A stretch of 62,947 bases of DNA, filler included, from Octopus bimaculoides (lineage: Eukaryota), in the NCBI RefSeq assembly GCF_001194135.2. It is 8 parts of 8 records of this genome, joined end to end, with 100 filler letters (N's around TTAATTAATTAA, not from the genome) between each part and the next. Parts side by side here need not be neighbours in the genome. Positions count along the whole stretch, not along the records: positions 40,163 to 52,125 come from NW_026409309.1; positions 52,226 to 58,484 come from NC_068989.1; positions 58,585 to 61,090 come from NC_069002.1; 5 more parts are not named here. One strand, written 5' to 3'. The first letter of the stretch is position 1; each line of letters begins with the position of its first letter. Position numbers and translations under genes: made by a program. This document shows, in pieces, positions 50,076 to 61,190 of this stretch. Under the pieces are notes generated by a model. It made no database searches and was not told the origin of the DNA. It was given only the letters and a program-made list of their open reading frames with translations.

Positions 50076-50616
50076 ATGCTAAACAAAAATAACAATAACA
50101 TACTGGTATTAATTCTAATGCAGAATTGAAAGACTTTAAATTGGTCTCTTGTCAGGTATTGAACCTGATCTCACTGCATCGATCTATTGCCCCACCTCTT
50201 TCTTTTCATTTTCTTCCAATAGATTGCACTGGGAAGCAGTTTTAAGAAGATTTTAATATGTCTGAAGTTCTAATTTGCTAAAGTGCTTCTTCTTCACAGT
50301 GAAATAGTTTATTGGACGGGACGGGACGGAACTGAACTGTAATTTGCTGTCAGTTCGATGCATTAATGAATGCGAAGCTTAAGATTTGATGGGCAGATAA
50401 AGAATCATAAATTATCATGTTTTTCCCAAGATTCTCATCGGGACATTTCCAAAGATGTAATGGGCCTTCTTCCTCTTCTTTTCTTCAATAAAACTCATTA
50501 AAACGGTGAACAATAAGCAGAAACGAACTCTGGCGCACACAAACACACACACATACACAAACGCGCGCGTATACACACACACACGCATTCACTCACACGT
50601 ACGCACGTGCACACGC

Positions 50617-50658
<42 letters not shown>

Positions 50659-51380
50659 AGTGCACGCTAATACAAATGCACACATATACATTGGCACAGA
50701 TTCGGCATGTTTGACAAAAGTTTTGATTTGAATGGACGAACGAGAGATATTCTTCGTCTCCAAGACTATTCAAGTCAACTATAGAAACCAATATTGCTGT
50801 GAAAAGCAACGGTGTTATTTACGGAAGAATGATGCCGAGTTCACGTGATTTCTGTAGAATTTCTTTTGAAAAGGATTAATTTAATCCGTATCGCTTTTCA
50901 CAATCATGTGATATTGTGACGTCAGCGATGAAGAGAATTTGAACGGTAAAGTTGAAATATGAGACGTTCTGATGTCAAGCAAAGGCGATTTCTAAATATT
51001 CAAACAAACATATCCGACCTGTTGACATTAGATGAACATTTCAATACAAAAAAAAAAAAAAAAGAGAGAAAGAGAGAAGGAGAAAGGAGTGTGAAGAAAG
51101 ATTGAAAGCATTTTATGGNNNNNNNNNNATTTTATATTGGGGCCTATCAACCAGATGATATATCTATCTATCTATCTATCTATGTATCTATCTATCTATC
51201 TATTTCTTTCTTTCTGTATCTCTCTCTTTCGCTGTATCTCTCTCTCTCTACACACACACATATATATGTATGTATATATATTCAAATAAATGTATATACA
51301 TATATGTATATATGTTTATATATATATATATATGTCCATGCACGTGTGTATGTGAATGTGTGTGCGTGTATGTGTGAGTG

Positions 51381-51441
<61 letters not shown>

Positions 51442-51664
51442 ATGCATGTATGTATGTTTCTCTTATTTGAAATCTTCCTCTCAGGAAGGAGCTGGTTTCT
51501 AACAGAATTATCAAGCTCCGTCGTTGTAATGTTGTAATGTTGATAACGAAAATAAATTCTTATATTAAACTTGAGGAAAGTCTTCCATATTTTTACTGTT
51601 TCACTTACAGATTATGCTCGTAATGTGCGAAGTAGCTGGTTGATTTCTTTTCTTGAAAATCCTA

Positions 51665-52030
51665 ATTAATCCAAATTGTCACTAAGATATTTACCCACAA
51701 AACCAAGTGCACCAATTATCATTGGTATTCATCTGATAAAGACAAGAGTTCTCGAAGCAGTTGTCCGTAGTTATCCTCTTTCTCTTCGAAGAGCAGCTGA
51801 TGGACATGGTAGTTCATGCTATTTCTTGTCTGTCCCAGACACGCATATCCAGCCTATCAAGTTTACACTTGACAGAAGTTCCGATGAGAATGTTCTGTCC
51901 ATATTCCTTGTATTGATGTTGGCTCATGTTTTGAATAATTTTCTATATTTATTTATGGACAGTTTCTTCTTCGGATGGTATTGTATATTGATTTTGCGGC
52001 GACGTCGTGTTGCATAGGGAGGTAGCACCT
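51665..52030 (-). mobile_element. Decayed REL-endonuclease LINE 3' fragment
   Basis: Minus strand reads EEKEDNYGQLLRELLSLSDEY and IPMIIGALGFV, parallel to the end of the 37823 ORF. Confidence 0.6.
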
Positions 52031-53449
52031 TGTTGACATTTTTTGGGCAGCTGCTAATCACATGCATGATGTCTCTATCTCTCTCACTCTCTCTCTCTCT
52101 TTATATATATATATATATATATATANNNNNNNNNNNNNNNNNNNNNNNNNNNNNNNNNNNNNNNNNNNNTTAATTAATTAANNNNNNNNNNNNNNNNNNN
52201 NNNNNNNNNNNNNNNNNNNNNNNNNAGCAAAATCTTTTCATGTTTTTCCTTTTTTATATTAATAATAATAGAAATTTACACGCGCAAATTCAGGGATGTA
52301 ATCGCGTTTTTTTTTTTTTCATATACAAGATAAGTTTTGAAGATATTATTTCAATGTTTTTCAAATCTGTTAATTTACAATATTTGGCAGATGAGTTACA
52401 AATTTTAAGCCTGAAGTATTTTGACCAATATCGTTTTTACTTTATATTTTAAACAAAATCTTTTGAGAAACAAATAAGGTTAATTCTTAATATGGTGGAA
52501 ATTATTAGGGAGTCGTAAGTTCGTTGTTTCCTATGCGATAAGCGGTTCTAGTGGATTGCTATTCATTTTACATTCAACTATAGTTAATAAGAATTTAATT
52601 TCTATCAATGTTAGTACATTTTTCGTTTATGAGTTGGGAAATCATCCTCTATTACACTTTCTCGTTTTGCTCTGAAGACGCTGATATTTTAATGAAAATA
52701 AATCTGCAAATTTTTATTGTAAATTATATTTACTTGATCATTTACAAATGTGTGTGTGTAAATATATCGTTTTTGTATCTGGTCTGCAAGATTGTTTATG
52801 TGAATTCGTGTGTTGAAGCAAATTTTGTTGTGTATATGGAGAGTCGTACTGTCTTAATGCCTTTATTATCTAACACACTCACCGGTTCGATTTCCATTCA
52901 TTTATTATTTATACTTTTCCTTCCAAAGTTTTCGCTGCTTTTTGCAACCTTGTCAATGGATGTTGACTGACCGTTATTGGAGCTGCGTTCTGTTTTTTTT
53001 GTCTGTTTGTGCGCATGTGTGTGCTTGTGTATGCACATATGAATGTGTGTGGGTGTGTATGTATGTATGTATGTATTCTGCATATTCATGTGTTTGTGTG
53101 TACTTGCGTGTGTCTATGTATATGGGTTTGTGTGACTATGTACATGTGTCTGTTATATATGGCTGTGTCTCCATATGTGTCTGTGTTTGGAGTGTGTGTA
53201 TGTATGTATATGAGTATGGTCATGTGTTTCCGTCCTTTTTTTTTTGTGATGTATGTGTGTGCACTTGTCTGTCTTACCTATGTACCTATCTATCTACTTA
53301 TGTATCTATCTGTTTGGCTTTACGGCATTCTTTCATATGATGAAATTTGACGTTTCTGCGGGTCAAAACTAAATATGTATATAATTAAACATTAGAAAAA
53401 ATTCTAAATCTACAACGTTATAAATTCATTAGCGTTCTGGTTTATTTTG

Positions 53450-54087
53450 CTGTTATTTTGGTGTTTTTTGGTAGTTGAATTGTGACTTTAACTCCTATTT
53501 CTAAACATCCATAGTCTTCGTGCTAATGTTTAATTTTATAGCTGCATAACGCTATTAAACCTGGAACCGCCTATATTACTGTTGTTATTATTATGAATTA
53601 CAAATATTCATGACAGATATTATTTACAATAGTAATATCTTATTTCGAATGTAAGCATTCGAATATTTGCACCATGTGGCCTGGTTTGGGCACAAATCAA
53701 GCCAGAAAAGGCTAATGGATTTATATGGTGGATTTAGAATTTTTTCTTCAGTAACTCATGCTGATGAAGGTTGAGGCCTGTTGGGTCAGCACCCAAAGCC
53801 ATGGTATATGAGCATCTGAATGGCATAATCCTTAATGGTATGCTTTTTAATTTCTTAATTCTTCATCCGTTTTCATCTGTTATTTTGGTGCTTTTTGGTG
53901 GTTGAATTGGAACTCCTGTTTCTAAACAGGTTGATGCTTCGTACTAATGTTTAATTTTATAGCTATATAATGCTATTAAACCAGGAATTGCCTGTATTAC
54001 TGTTGTTATTATTGTCAATTACAAATATTCACCACAGATAATATTAACAGTAGTAATATCTTATTTCGAATGTAAGCATTTGAATAT
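53450..54087 (+). repeat. Diverged ~215-bp direct repeat (53450-53666 and 53877-54087)
   Basis: Collinear from ctgttattttggtg to tcgaatgtaagcattYgaatat. Confidence 0.85.
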
Positions 54088-54142
54088 ATATGTATGAAAT
54101 ACATCAAGTACAGGACAAAATACCAAAAAATATACAATAAGA

Positions 54143-54859
54143 GAACTTTCTGATTTGGCGGACACCATTTTTTATTTAGTTTTTATTTAGTGTGTTTTCT
54201 ACCGAAACACTTTAAAACTTCGTATACTTGTATATTTTGTCTTATAGAGCAGAGAAAAATTTTCATATTCGAAGTTATTTCATGTTAAAAGTTATATTTA
54301 GGTAATTTCAACCAATCACTGACGTTTATTGAGGTGAAAACAATTACTGCTGTGGATTGTCAACAAAATGTTGTGGTGGTGTAATGGGATTTTTCCCTTG
54401 AATAAAATTAGTGCCGTTGTTTGTCAACAACAACTATCGGCGGTACTGTTATTTATGACATCGTTCCTAACCCTAACCCTAATTCTAAAACCCGAATCCT
54501 AACCCTAAAACCCTAATGCTAAAACCCGTACAAACGCACGAACGATGTCATAAATAACAGTACCGCCGATAGTTGTTGTTGACAAACAACGGCACTAATT
54601 TTATTCAAGGGAAAATATCCCATTACACCGCCACAACGTTTTGTTGACAATCCACAGCAGTATTGTTTTCACTTCAATAGACGTCAGTGATTGGTTAAAA
54701 TTACCGAAATACGACAATTTTAACACGAAATAAAAATATAAACTTTTCTCAATAACAGTAAGAGTTAAAAGATGTTTTATATGACACATTCTACCAGTGT
54801 CCCAAGTTTGAAAGTGTTTCGTTAAGAAAACAAGTAGTGTCTGCCAAATCAGAAAGATC
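54143..54859. mobile_element. Foldback/Mutator-like non-autonomous DNA element with ~320-bp TIRs and a telomere-like core
   Basis: 54143-54466 pairs with 54540-54859. The flanking direct repeat TACAATAAGA is at 54133-54142 and 54860-54869. The loop 54467-54539 is degenerate (CCCTAA)n. Confidence 0.85.
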
Positions 54860-55439
54860 TACAATAAGAACAGGACATCACCAAAGAGGGGAAAATATGT
54901 AAACACGTAATGAGAGACAAGTACGGGACAAAATGTCAAAAGAAGTCTAACCCCTCCTCAGTTGTCAACTGTTAATTACTCCTTATTTTGAGCTTTCAAT
55001 GACAAGATAGGAAGTCTTCATAAAACAGCAGCATTCAGAAATTTTTAAAATACAAAATTTGTGGAGAGTTAGAGCTTCGAACGAACAAACAATGACAAAG
55101 TGGACATACAGAGTAAATAATCAACAAAGACAAACATTAAGGCCGTTAGGCCAAGACGCATTGTAACGAGTAACACCTGGGAGAAATTAGGAATAGAATA
55201 AATAGAAGAAAATAATAGAAGAGGAAAAATGAGAAAAAATGTCAGAAGGTAAGAAAAATGACATCCAGCTGAGAGAAATGGCCTATATATATAAGATATA
55301 AAATATCAAATATTATTATTGAGTTGGAAAAGAGAGAGATCTAATGGATACAAATTAATTTATTAATTAATTAACATATTCACCTACAATTGTTTCATTT
55401 CACTAGCAAAATTAAAATTACAAAACATATATAAATATG

Positions 55440-57927
55440 CTAGCAGAAGTGCCCGGTGTTGCTCGGGGCTGAATTGCTTTAAAGTACTGTTAATGATTCT
55501 ATTCAATTATGATTATTGAGGCAAAGATTGATATAAGTTAACACGCGACCAATCAATTTGCAACTGGATAGAAAGCCCTGCAAAGAGCATTGCAACTCTA
55601 AGAAGGGGTAACAATAAAATGTGAGGTGGCCCTGAAAAGGCTGTGTTATCGTTCTCACAATTGTAACAATTTGGTAGGTAGCCCTGGAAGGTTGTGTAAA
55701 ACGTTCGCAGTGGATGTGCTGTTACAAAACTTCATGCTCTGTGAGAACAGAACAAATGCCCTATGGAGGAAAGAGGGGAATTAATCATGGGTAAGTAAAT
55801 ACAGGTAAGGTTGAAAATATACAACAGTAGCATCTACTCACCATATGTCAGACCGGCAAGAGTGTAGTGGTGCTGAATAGATGAATCACAACACCTCTGT
55901 CATGGAGATGTGTAAAATGACCTGTTACTTTTGAATATTTTGTATTTGATGTAAAATATAATGGTGAGAGAGAGGATGTATATATTTAGATTTATCGACT
56001 TTTGAAGTCTTGTTATTTGATGTAAATTGTTATGGCGTACTAACACCGTCCCCAAGAACACCGAGGTGATGCACCAACCCGCTCTGGGAAAACCATATGT
56101 AGAACCCAACATTTCCATCAACGGGCAAAGACTCAACGCGGTTGACAAATTCACCTACCTTGGCAGTACGCTTTCCCACAATGTAAGTCATTGATGATGA
56201 GATCAACACCAGACTCGCCAAAGCAAGTGCTGCCTTTGGCAGACTCCACAAGAATGTATGGAACAGAAGAGGCATCACCTCCATGACAAAGATCAAGGTC
56301 TACAAAGCTGTCGTACTCACTACCCTACTCTATGGATGTGAGTCGTGGACCATCTACCAACGCCATGCCAAAAAACTAAATCACTTCCACACCACCAGGC
56401 TGAGGAAACTACTTCGCATAAGCTGGCAGGAAAGGATACCAGACACAGAAGTCCTCACTCGTGCCGGGCTCCCAAGCATCCCTACCATCCTGATGAAAAC
56501 TCAGCTTCACTGGGCTGGTCATGTAGCCCGCATGCCAGACTACAGAATACCCAAGAAGCTTCTGTTTGGTGAGCTCCAGCATGGCAAGCGCTCCCATGGC
56601 CGCCAGAGGAAACAGTTTAAAGACAGCCCAAAGGTATCACTGAAGGCCTTCAACATTGACCCCTCATCATGGGAGCAGACAGCTTTAGATAGGACCAAGT
56701 GGCAGGCCGCTGTTCACAACGGTGCCCCGCCAATATGAAAGTGACAGGAAAGCTGCTGCAGAGAAGCGCAGGCAGAACAGAAAGAACAATGCTTTGAAGC
56801 CCCCGGCACCTGCTACCATTCCCTGTCCCTACAGCAGCAGATCTTTCCAAGCACAAATTGGGCTTATCAGCCATCTCCGCACTCACCAATGATGACCTCC
56901 CCACCCCCCTCTTGGAAGATCAGATGGTCCTCGTCATTCTGACAGGCGAACAAGATGAGATGATGAATGGCATGTAATTACTTCATGTAATTATTTTTAT
57001 CCATTTGTTTCATTGATCGTCGTTATGATTACATTTGTTGTTGTATAAAATGATATGTTGCTTGGTTTTCAAATTGTATGTTGCGATCCTGTTGCTGCTG
57101 ATGTAAACTGTTATGTTGAGAGAGGAGATGGAAGGGGGGAGATATTGCATGCACGTCGGATGTAGAAGATGAGGCTGCTGTGCTGAAGAAGGGAGGGAAA
57201 TAGAGCTAAGCAGAGGCCAGGTGTTGGTAAAGTGTGAAGTAATTTCAGGGAACCGCCTAAAAATGTAAATGTTGTCACAAAAGCATTGTTGACTGTTTGA
57301 GAGTCGTACGGAAGTGAAATAGTAACATGTCCATGGTCCTCCAATGCCCGCCGAATTGGGGTTGGTGAGGAAGAACAGCTGATTTATGAGCAGAGTCTGA
57401 TTTGTAATGAAGCATTGTAACGCCGCAAGAATCAGCCTTTTTACAGCTGATGGTTGAAAGTGTCAAGTGCGCTGCAATGAATATTAACCTACACCTACTT
57501 AGAAATTACTGACAAAAAGGCAAAAAAATTTTTTAAATTAGGAAGTGAAGTAATCCTATAAAACCTCCCTGTACACAATGTTTTTTGTTTTTCCTTGTGG
57601 AACGAACTCGAAAGCACCACTCTTGCTGCCCACAGGCGAGCAGCCAACGTAAAGCTCATCATAAGAGAAATACGACTCCCCCAAATGTATTCCCGCGACA
57701 GACAGCATTTGCCCCTGTGCTTTGTTAATTGACATTGCAAAGCATGGCCTGACTGGAAACTGGGACCTCCGAAATGTGAAAGGTAGGTCTGCTCCTGATG
57801 GGAAAAGATGCATCCTCGGTATGAGCACAACGTTGCCTCGACTGCACCCTATGATTATTGTGGCCTCAATTAGATCGGGAGATAAGGAGTTAACGATCTA
57901 ACGTGTCCCATTGCATTGTTTCGGCGG
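55440..57927 (-). mobile_element. Helitron 3' portion: PIF1-like helicase C-terminus to the terminal hairpin and CTAG
   Basis: Peptide PPKQCNGTR*IVNSLSPDLIEATII...LIPRMHLFPSGADLPFTFRRSQFPVRPCFAMSINKAQGQ...KTKNIVYREVL* (57556-57927). The minus-strand end CCCGAGCAACACCGGG-CACTTCTG-CTAG is at 55440. Linking the two parts is inferred. Confidence 0.8.
56042..56966 (+). mobile_element. RTE-clade (BovB-like) LINE, 5'-truncated 3' end
   Basis: TEVMHQPALGKPYVEPNISINGQRLNAVDKFTYLGSTLS, then ORF 56283-56738 TKIKVYKAVVLTTLLYGCESW...WAGHVARMPDYRIPKKLLFGEL, ending in a GATGA-type tail. Confidence 0.9.
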
Positions 57928-58484
57928 TGTTGTATTTCCCTCGGAAGACTCGCAGAGATAACACAACGAGTTATACAAATTTAATTATTACATTTATTAT
58001 TCAATTACATACAAAGAACGCACTCACCCAATGTTCGTTATGCATAAACAAGAATCATGTCTGCCATATATATCAATGACATTTTACTACGACAGTCACA
58101 CAAAACAACAACAATGAAACAATGAACTCAGACGAACCACACGCTTAGACGTGTGAGCAGACTGTTTAGGTGACTGTTTGCATCTTTCCCACTGACGAGC
58201 ATGTCATCCTGGAAGACTGCCACTCCAGGTAGATCATGGGTCAGGTTTTCCATGATCTCCTGAAAGTAACCAGGTGCTGACTTTATTCCAAAAGGGAGTC
58301 GTTGCTGCAGGAGTACTCCACGGTGAGTGCGAGTCTGCGTTGACTCTCTGGAGCCAGCTTGATCTGATTATAGGCATCAGCAAGGTCTATCTTTGTATAT
58401 CTGAATCCACCTCCGAGTTTCTGTATCAGTTCAGCAGGGAGTGGCATTGGATGACGGTGATCAGCAAGTTGGTCATTAATTCCC
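57928..58484 (-). mobile_element. Ty3/Gypsy LTR retrotransposon relic: RT core joined to an LTR 3' part
   Basis: RT reads HPMPLPAELIQKLGGGFRYTKIDLADAYNQIKL...RLPFGIKSAPGYFQEIME...VAVFQDDMLVSG (about 58175-58484). The LTR-like segment has AATAAA and ends ...TACAACA at 57928. Confidence 0.85.
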
Positions 58485-58955
58485 NNNNNNNNNNNNNNNN
58501 NNNNNNNNNNNNNNNNNNNNNNNNNNNNTTAATTAATTAANNNNNNNNNNNNNNNNNNNNNNNNNNNNNNNNNNNNNNNNNNNNGTGTGTGTTCGTGTGT
58601 GTGTTTGTGTGGGGTTGTAGGTGTTGGGTACGTGTGCGTGTGTGTGTGTATTTTGTAAGTGCACGTGTGTGTATGTGTATGTTTTTGTGCGTGCGTGTGT
58701 GTTTGTGTGTATGTGTATGTTGTGTATATGTGCGTTGCTGTGTACGTGTGTGTGCGTGCGTTTGCTATCGTATGCCCATGTGTGTGTGATTGTATGCGTG
58801 TTTGAGTGAGTGTGTTGTGTTGGTGAGAAGTGTGTGTGCGTGTGTGTGCGTGTGTNNNNNNNNNNNNNNNNNNNNNNNNNNNNNNNNNNNNNNNNNNNNN
58901 NNNNNNNNNNNNNNNNNNNNNNNNNNNNNNNNNNNNNNNNNNNNNNNNNNNNNNN

Positions 58956-58988
<33 letters not shown>

Positions 58989-59003
58989 CGTAGTGGAAGG
59001 AAT

Positions 59004-59036
<33 letters not shown>

Positions 59037-59237
59037 GGGGTTCTATTTGTAAATCTCTCAATGAAAGACATACTAATATAACGTGGTAGTCCAAGTTAGG
59101 ACGAATGTTACTATCTGCAGAATAAACCAAATAAATTGCATACTTATATAATTGTACATCCATTAATTTAATATGTGCATGTATATAAGTACATATATAT
59201 GTGTTTGTGTATGTATACAGACATACATACATACATA

Positions 59238-60400
59238 TACAGAGAGCGATGGGTAAATTGCCTCCCTTTTATATTTTCAATTTCACACATGCGCATTGTC
59301 TGCTTTTGATTTTGTCGGCTACACGGTTGGGCAGCGTCTGTGAGAGAAGGAGCACCATGAGCCCAATTTACTCTGCCAGAAATTTGAAAACGACGTGTTT
59401 TCAAATTTGGCGCCGGAATCTCCATTACGATTATTTCAGAATGTTTGGGTGTCAATCAGAGGACAGTGCAGAGGATTCGGAAAGAGGTAGATGAGTCTAA
59501 TGGTGATTACGAAGGTACGGCACCTCGAAAAACTCATTTTGATTGTTCTGATAAGAGAAGAACTGAATTTGTTGGTGAGATCCAGTCCCGATTGACAACA
59601 ATTCGTCCACGTCAATCAGGTCCCTGACCAGAGACATGGGAGTGTCTGAGTTTCTTATCAGGCAGGTAATGCAGGAATACATTCGGTATTCCTTATACAA
59701 GATGAGAAAGGGCTAACTTTTTTATCCCAAGCCATCAAGAACAAGAGGAAGGACCGCGCTACGAAGCTTTTGAACAAACTCAAGCACCCACTCCAACCGA
59801 ACATGATTTGGTTTTTCTCAGACGAGAAAATTTTCTGCCAGGATCAGATGGTGAACACAGAACAATCGTTGGCTTGCCGTGTCCCCAAAACATGTACCGA
59901 GAGTGATAAAAATCTAACATCCAGTCAACATCATGGTGTTTGGAGTGGTCACTAGTGACGGCGACGTTATGCCTCTTTTCATCTTCCCACAAGGCCTCAG
60001 ATTCAACACGGAGGCCTACATCAAATGTCTGGAGGAGGTAGTGCTGTCCTATGTCTGGCAACAGGACTTTGTACCATGCCACACAAGCAGGAGAACCCAG
60101 TCATGGCTGTCAAACAATTTCTGCGACCAGATCACCCCTAACATCCGACCACCTCACTCACCAGACTGGTGTGTGAGAACAGTTGAGTGAGAGACCAACA
60201 AAACCCCTTGTAACATCAAAGATTAACTGAAGGCAAGGATTATGCCAGCATTCACCAACTTAAACAAGGAGACCGTTCAGGAGAGTTGTATGAGATTCTG
60301 AAGTCGTCTGGAGGCTGTGGTTGAAGCCAATGGCGTTTTATTGAATAAATTTACTCTTTAGTATTTCAAGATCGTTTTATGTAATTTTGGTAAATATATC
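59238..60400 (+). mobile_element. Tc1/mariner-superfamily element (probably maT/DD37D-like), fragmented transposase
   Basis: WFFSDEKIFCQDQ, MVFGVVTSDGDVMP, VWQQDFVPCH and PPHSPD motifs across frames, with multiple frameshifts and deletions. Confidence 0.8.
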
Positions 60401-60459
60401 TGTTAAAATGAGGTGTCAATGTTATTTTCATTTTTGAGTAATTTAGACGACAATGTATT

Positions 60460-61064
60460 CATCGTACCGTGTAGACCGTTTGGTGCGGAATGACGGCAAC
60501 AAGAGTTGTTGGCCCATATTTTCTGTGTGACACCATGAATACGGACCGATATCTTCAGATGCTCGAAAATTACATGTGGCCAACGGTGTCTAGCTGGGAT
60601 AACACTGGTGACCTGATATTCATGCAGGATGGTGCACCACCCCATTTTCCTCTTACTCTGCATGCGTGGTTAAGCCAACATTTTCCCAGACGTTGGATGG
60701 GATGACGCGGACGTCATGAATGACCTCCAACAAATCTAGATTTCATTCCATATGATTTTTACTTGTAGGGTTATACAAAAGAGGTGTACAAGATAAAACT
60801 TCGCACACATGAGGACTCGGAGACACGGATTCGGGAGGTTCTCAATATCTCAGACGACGCCCATCGGAAGATTGTTCATTCAATGCCTGGCCCTCTGAGG
60901 AAACTACTGGTTGACGCCACCGGTGCTTACGTTGAAATATGAAGATTTACTTTCATTTTCCTATGTAATAAAAAACATGTATCATTTATTTCAGCAAATT
61001 TGTAAAAATAATATGGATTTTATTACCAATTTTTAATGCCTACTTACTTTTGACCGACCCTATA
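60460..61064 (+). mobile_element. DD41D (rosa-type) mariner-like transposase, 3' half, dead
   Basis: FMQDGAPPH...W(*)PPTNLDFIPYDFYL, with 41 residues counted between the second and third catalytic D, and in-frame stops. Confidence 0.8.
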
Positions 61065-61190
61065 CATACATATATATATATACGTATATANNNNNNNNNN
61101 NNNNNNNNNNNNNNNNNNNNNNNNNNNNNNNNNNTTAATTAATTAANNNNNNNNNNNNNNNNNNNNNNNNNNNNNNNNNNNNNNNNNNNN

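Noticed and set aside
53761-53800. Further hammerheads at other CTGATGA sites (53761 +, about 42345 -)
   Set aside because: No GAAA follows stem II and there is no stem I/III pairing.
54467-54539. True telomere or chromosome fusion site
   Set aside because: It has only a few degenerate units in one orientation, enclosed by TIRs and a TSD.
57790-57800. TGCTCCTGATG resembling the antizyme +1 frameshift site
   Set aside because: It is the antisense of Helitron helicase codons (PSGAD) and has no splice acceptor context, so it is a chance match.
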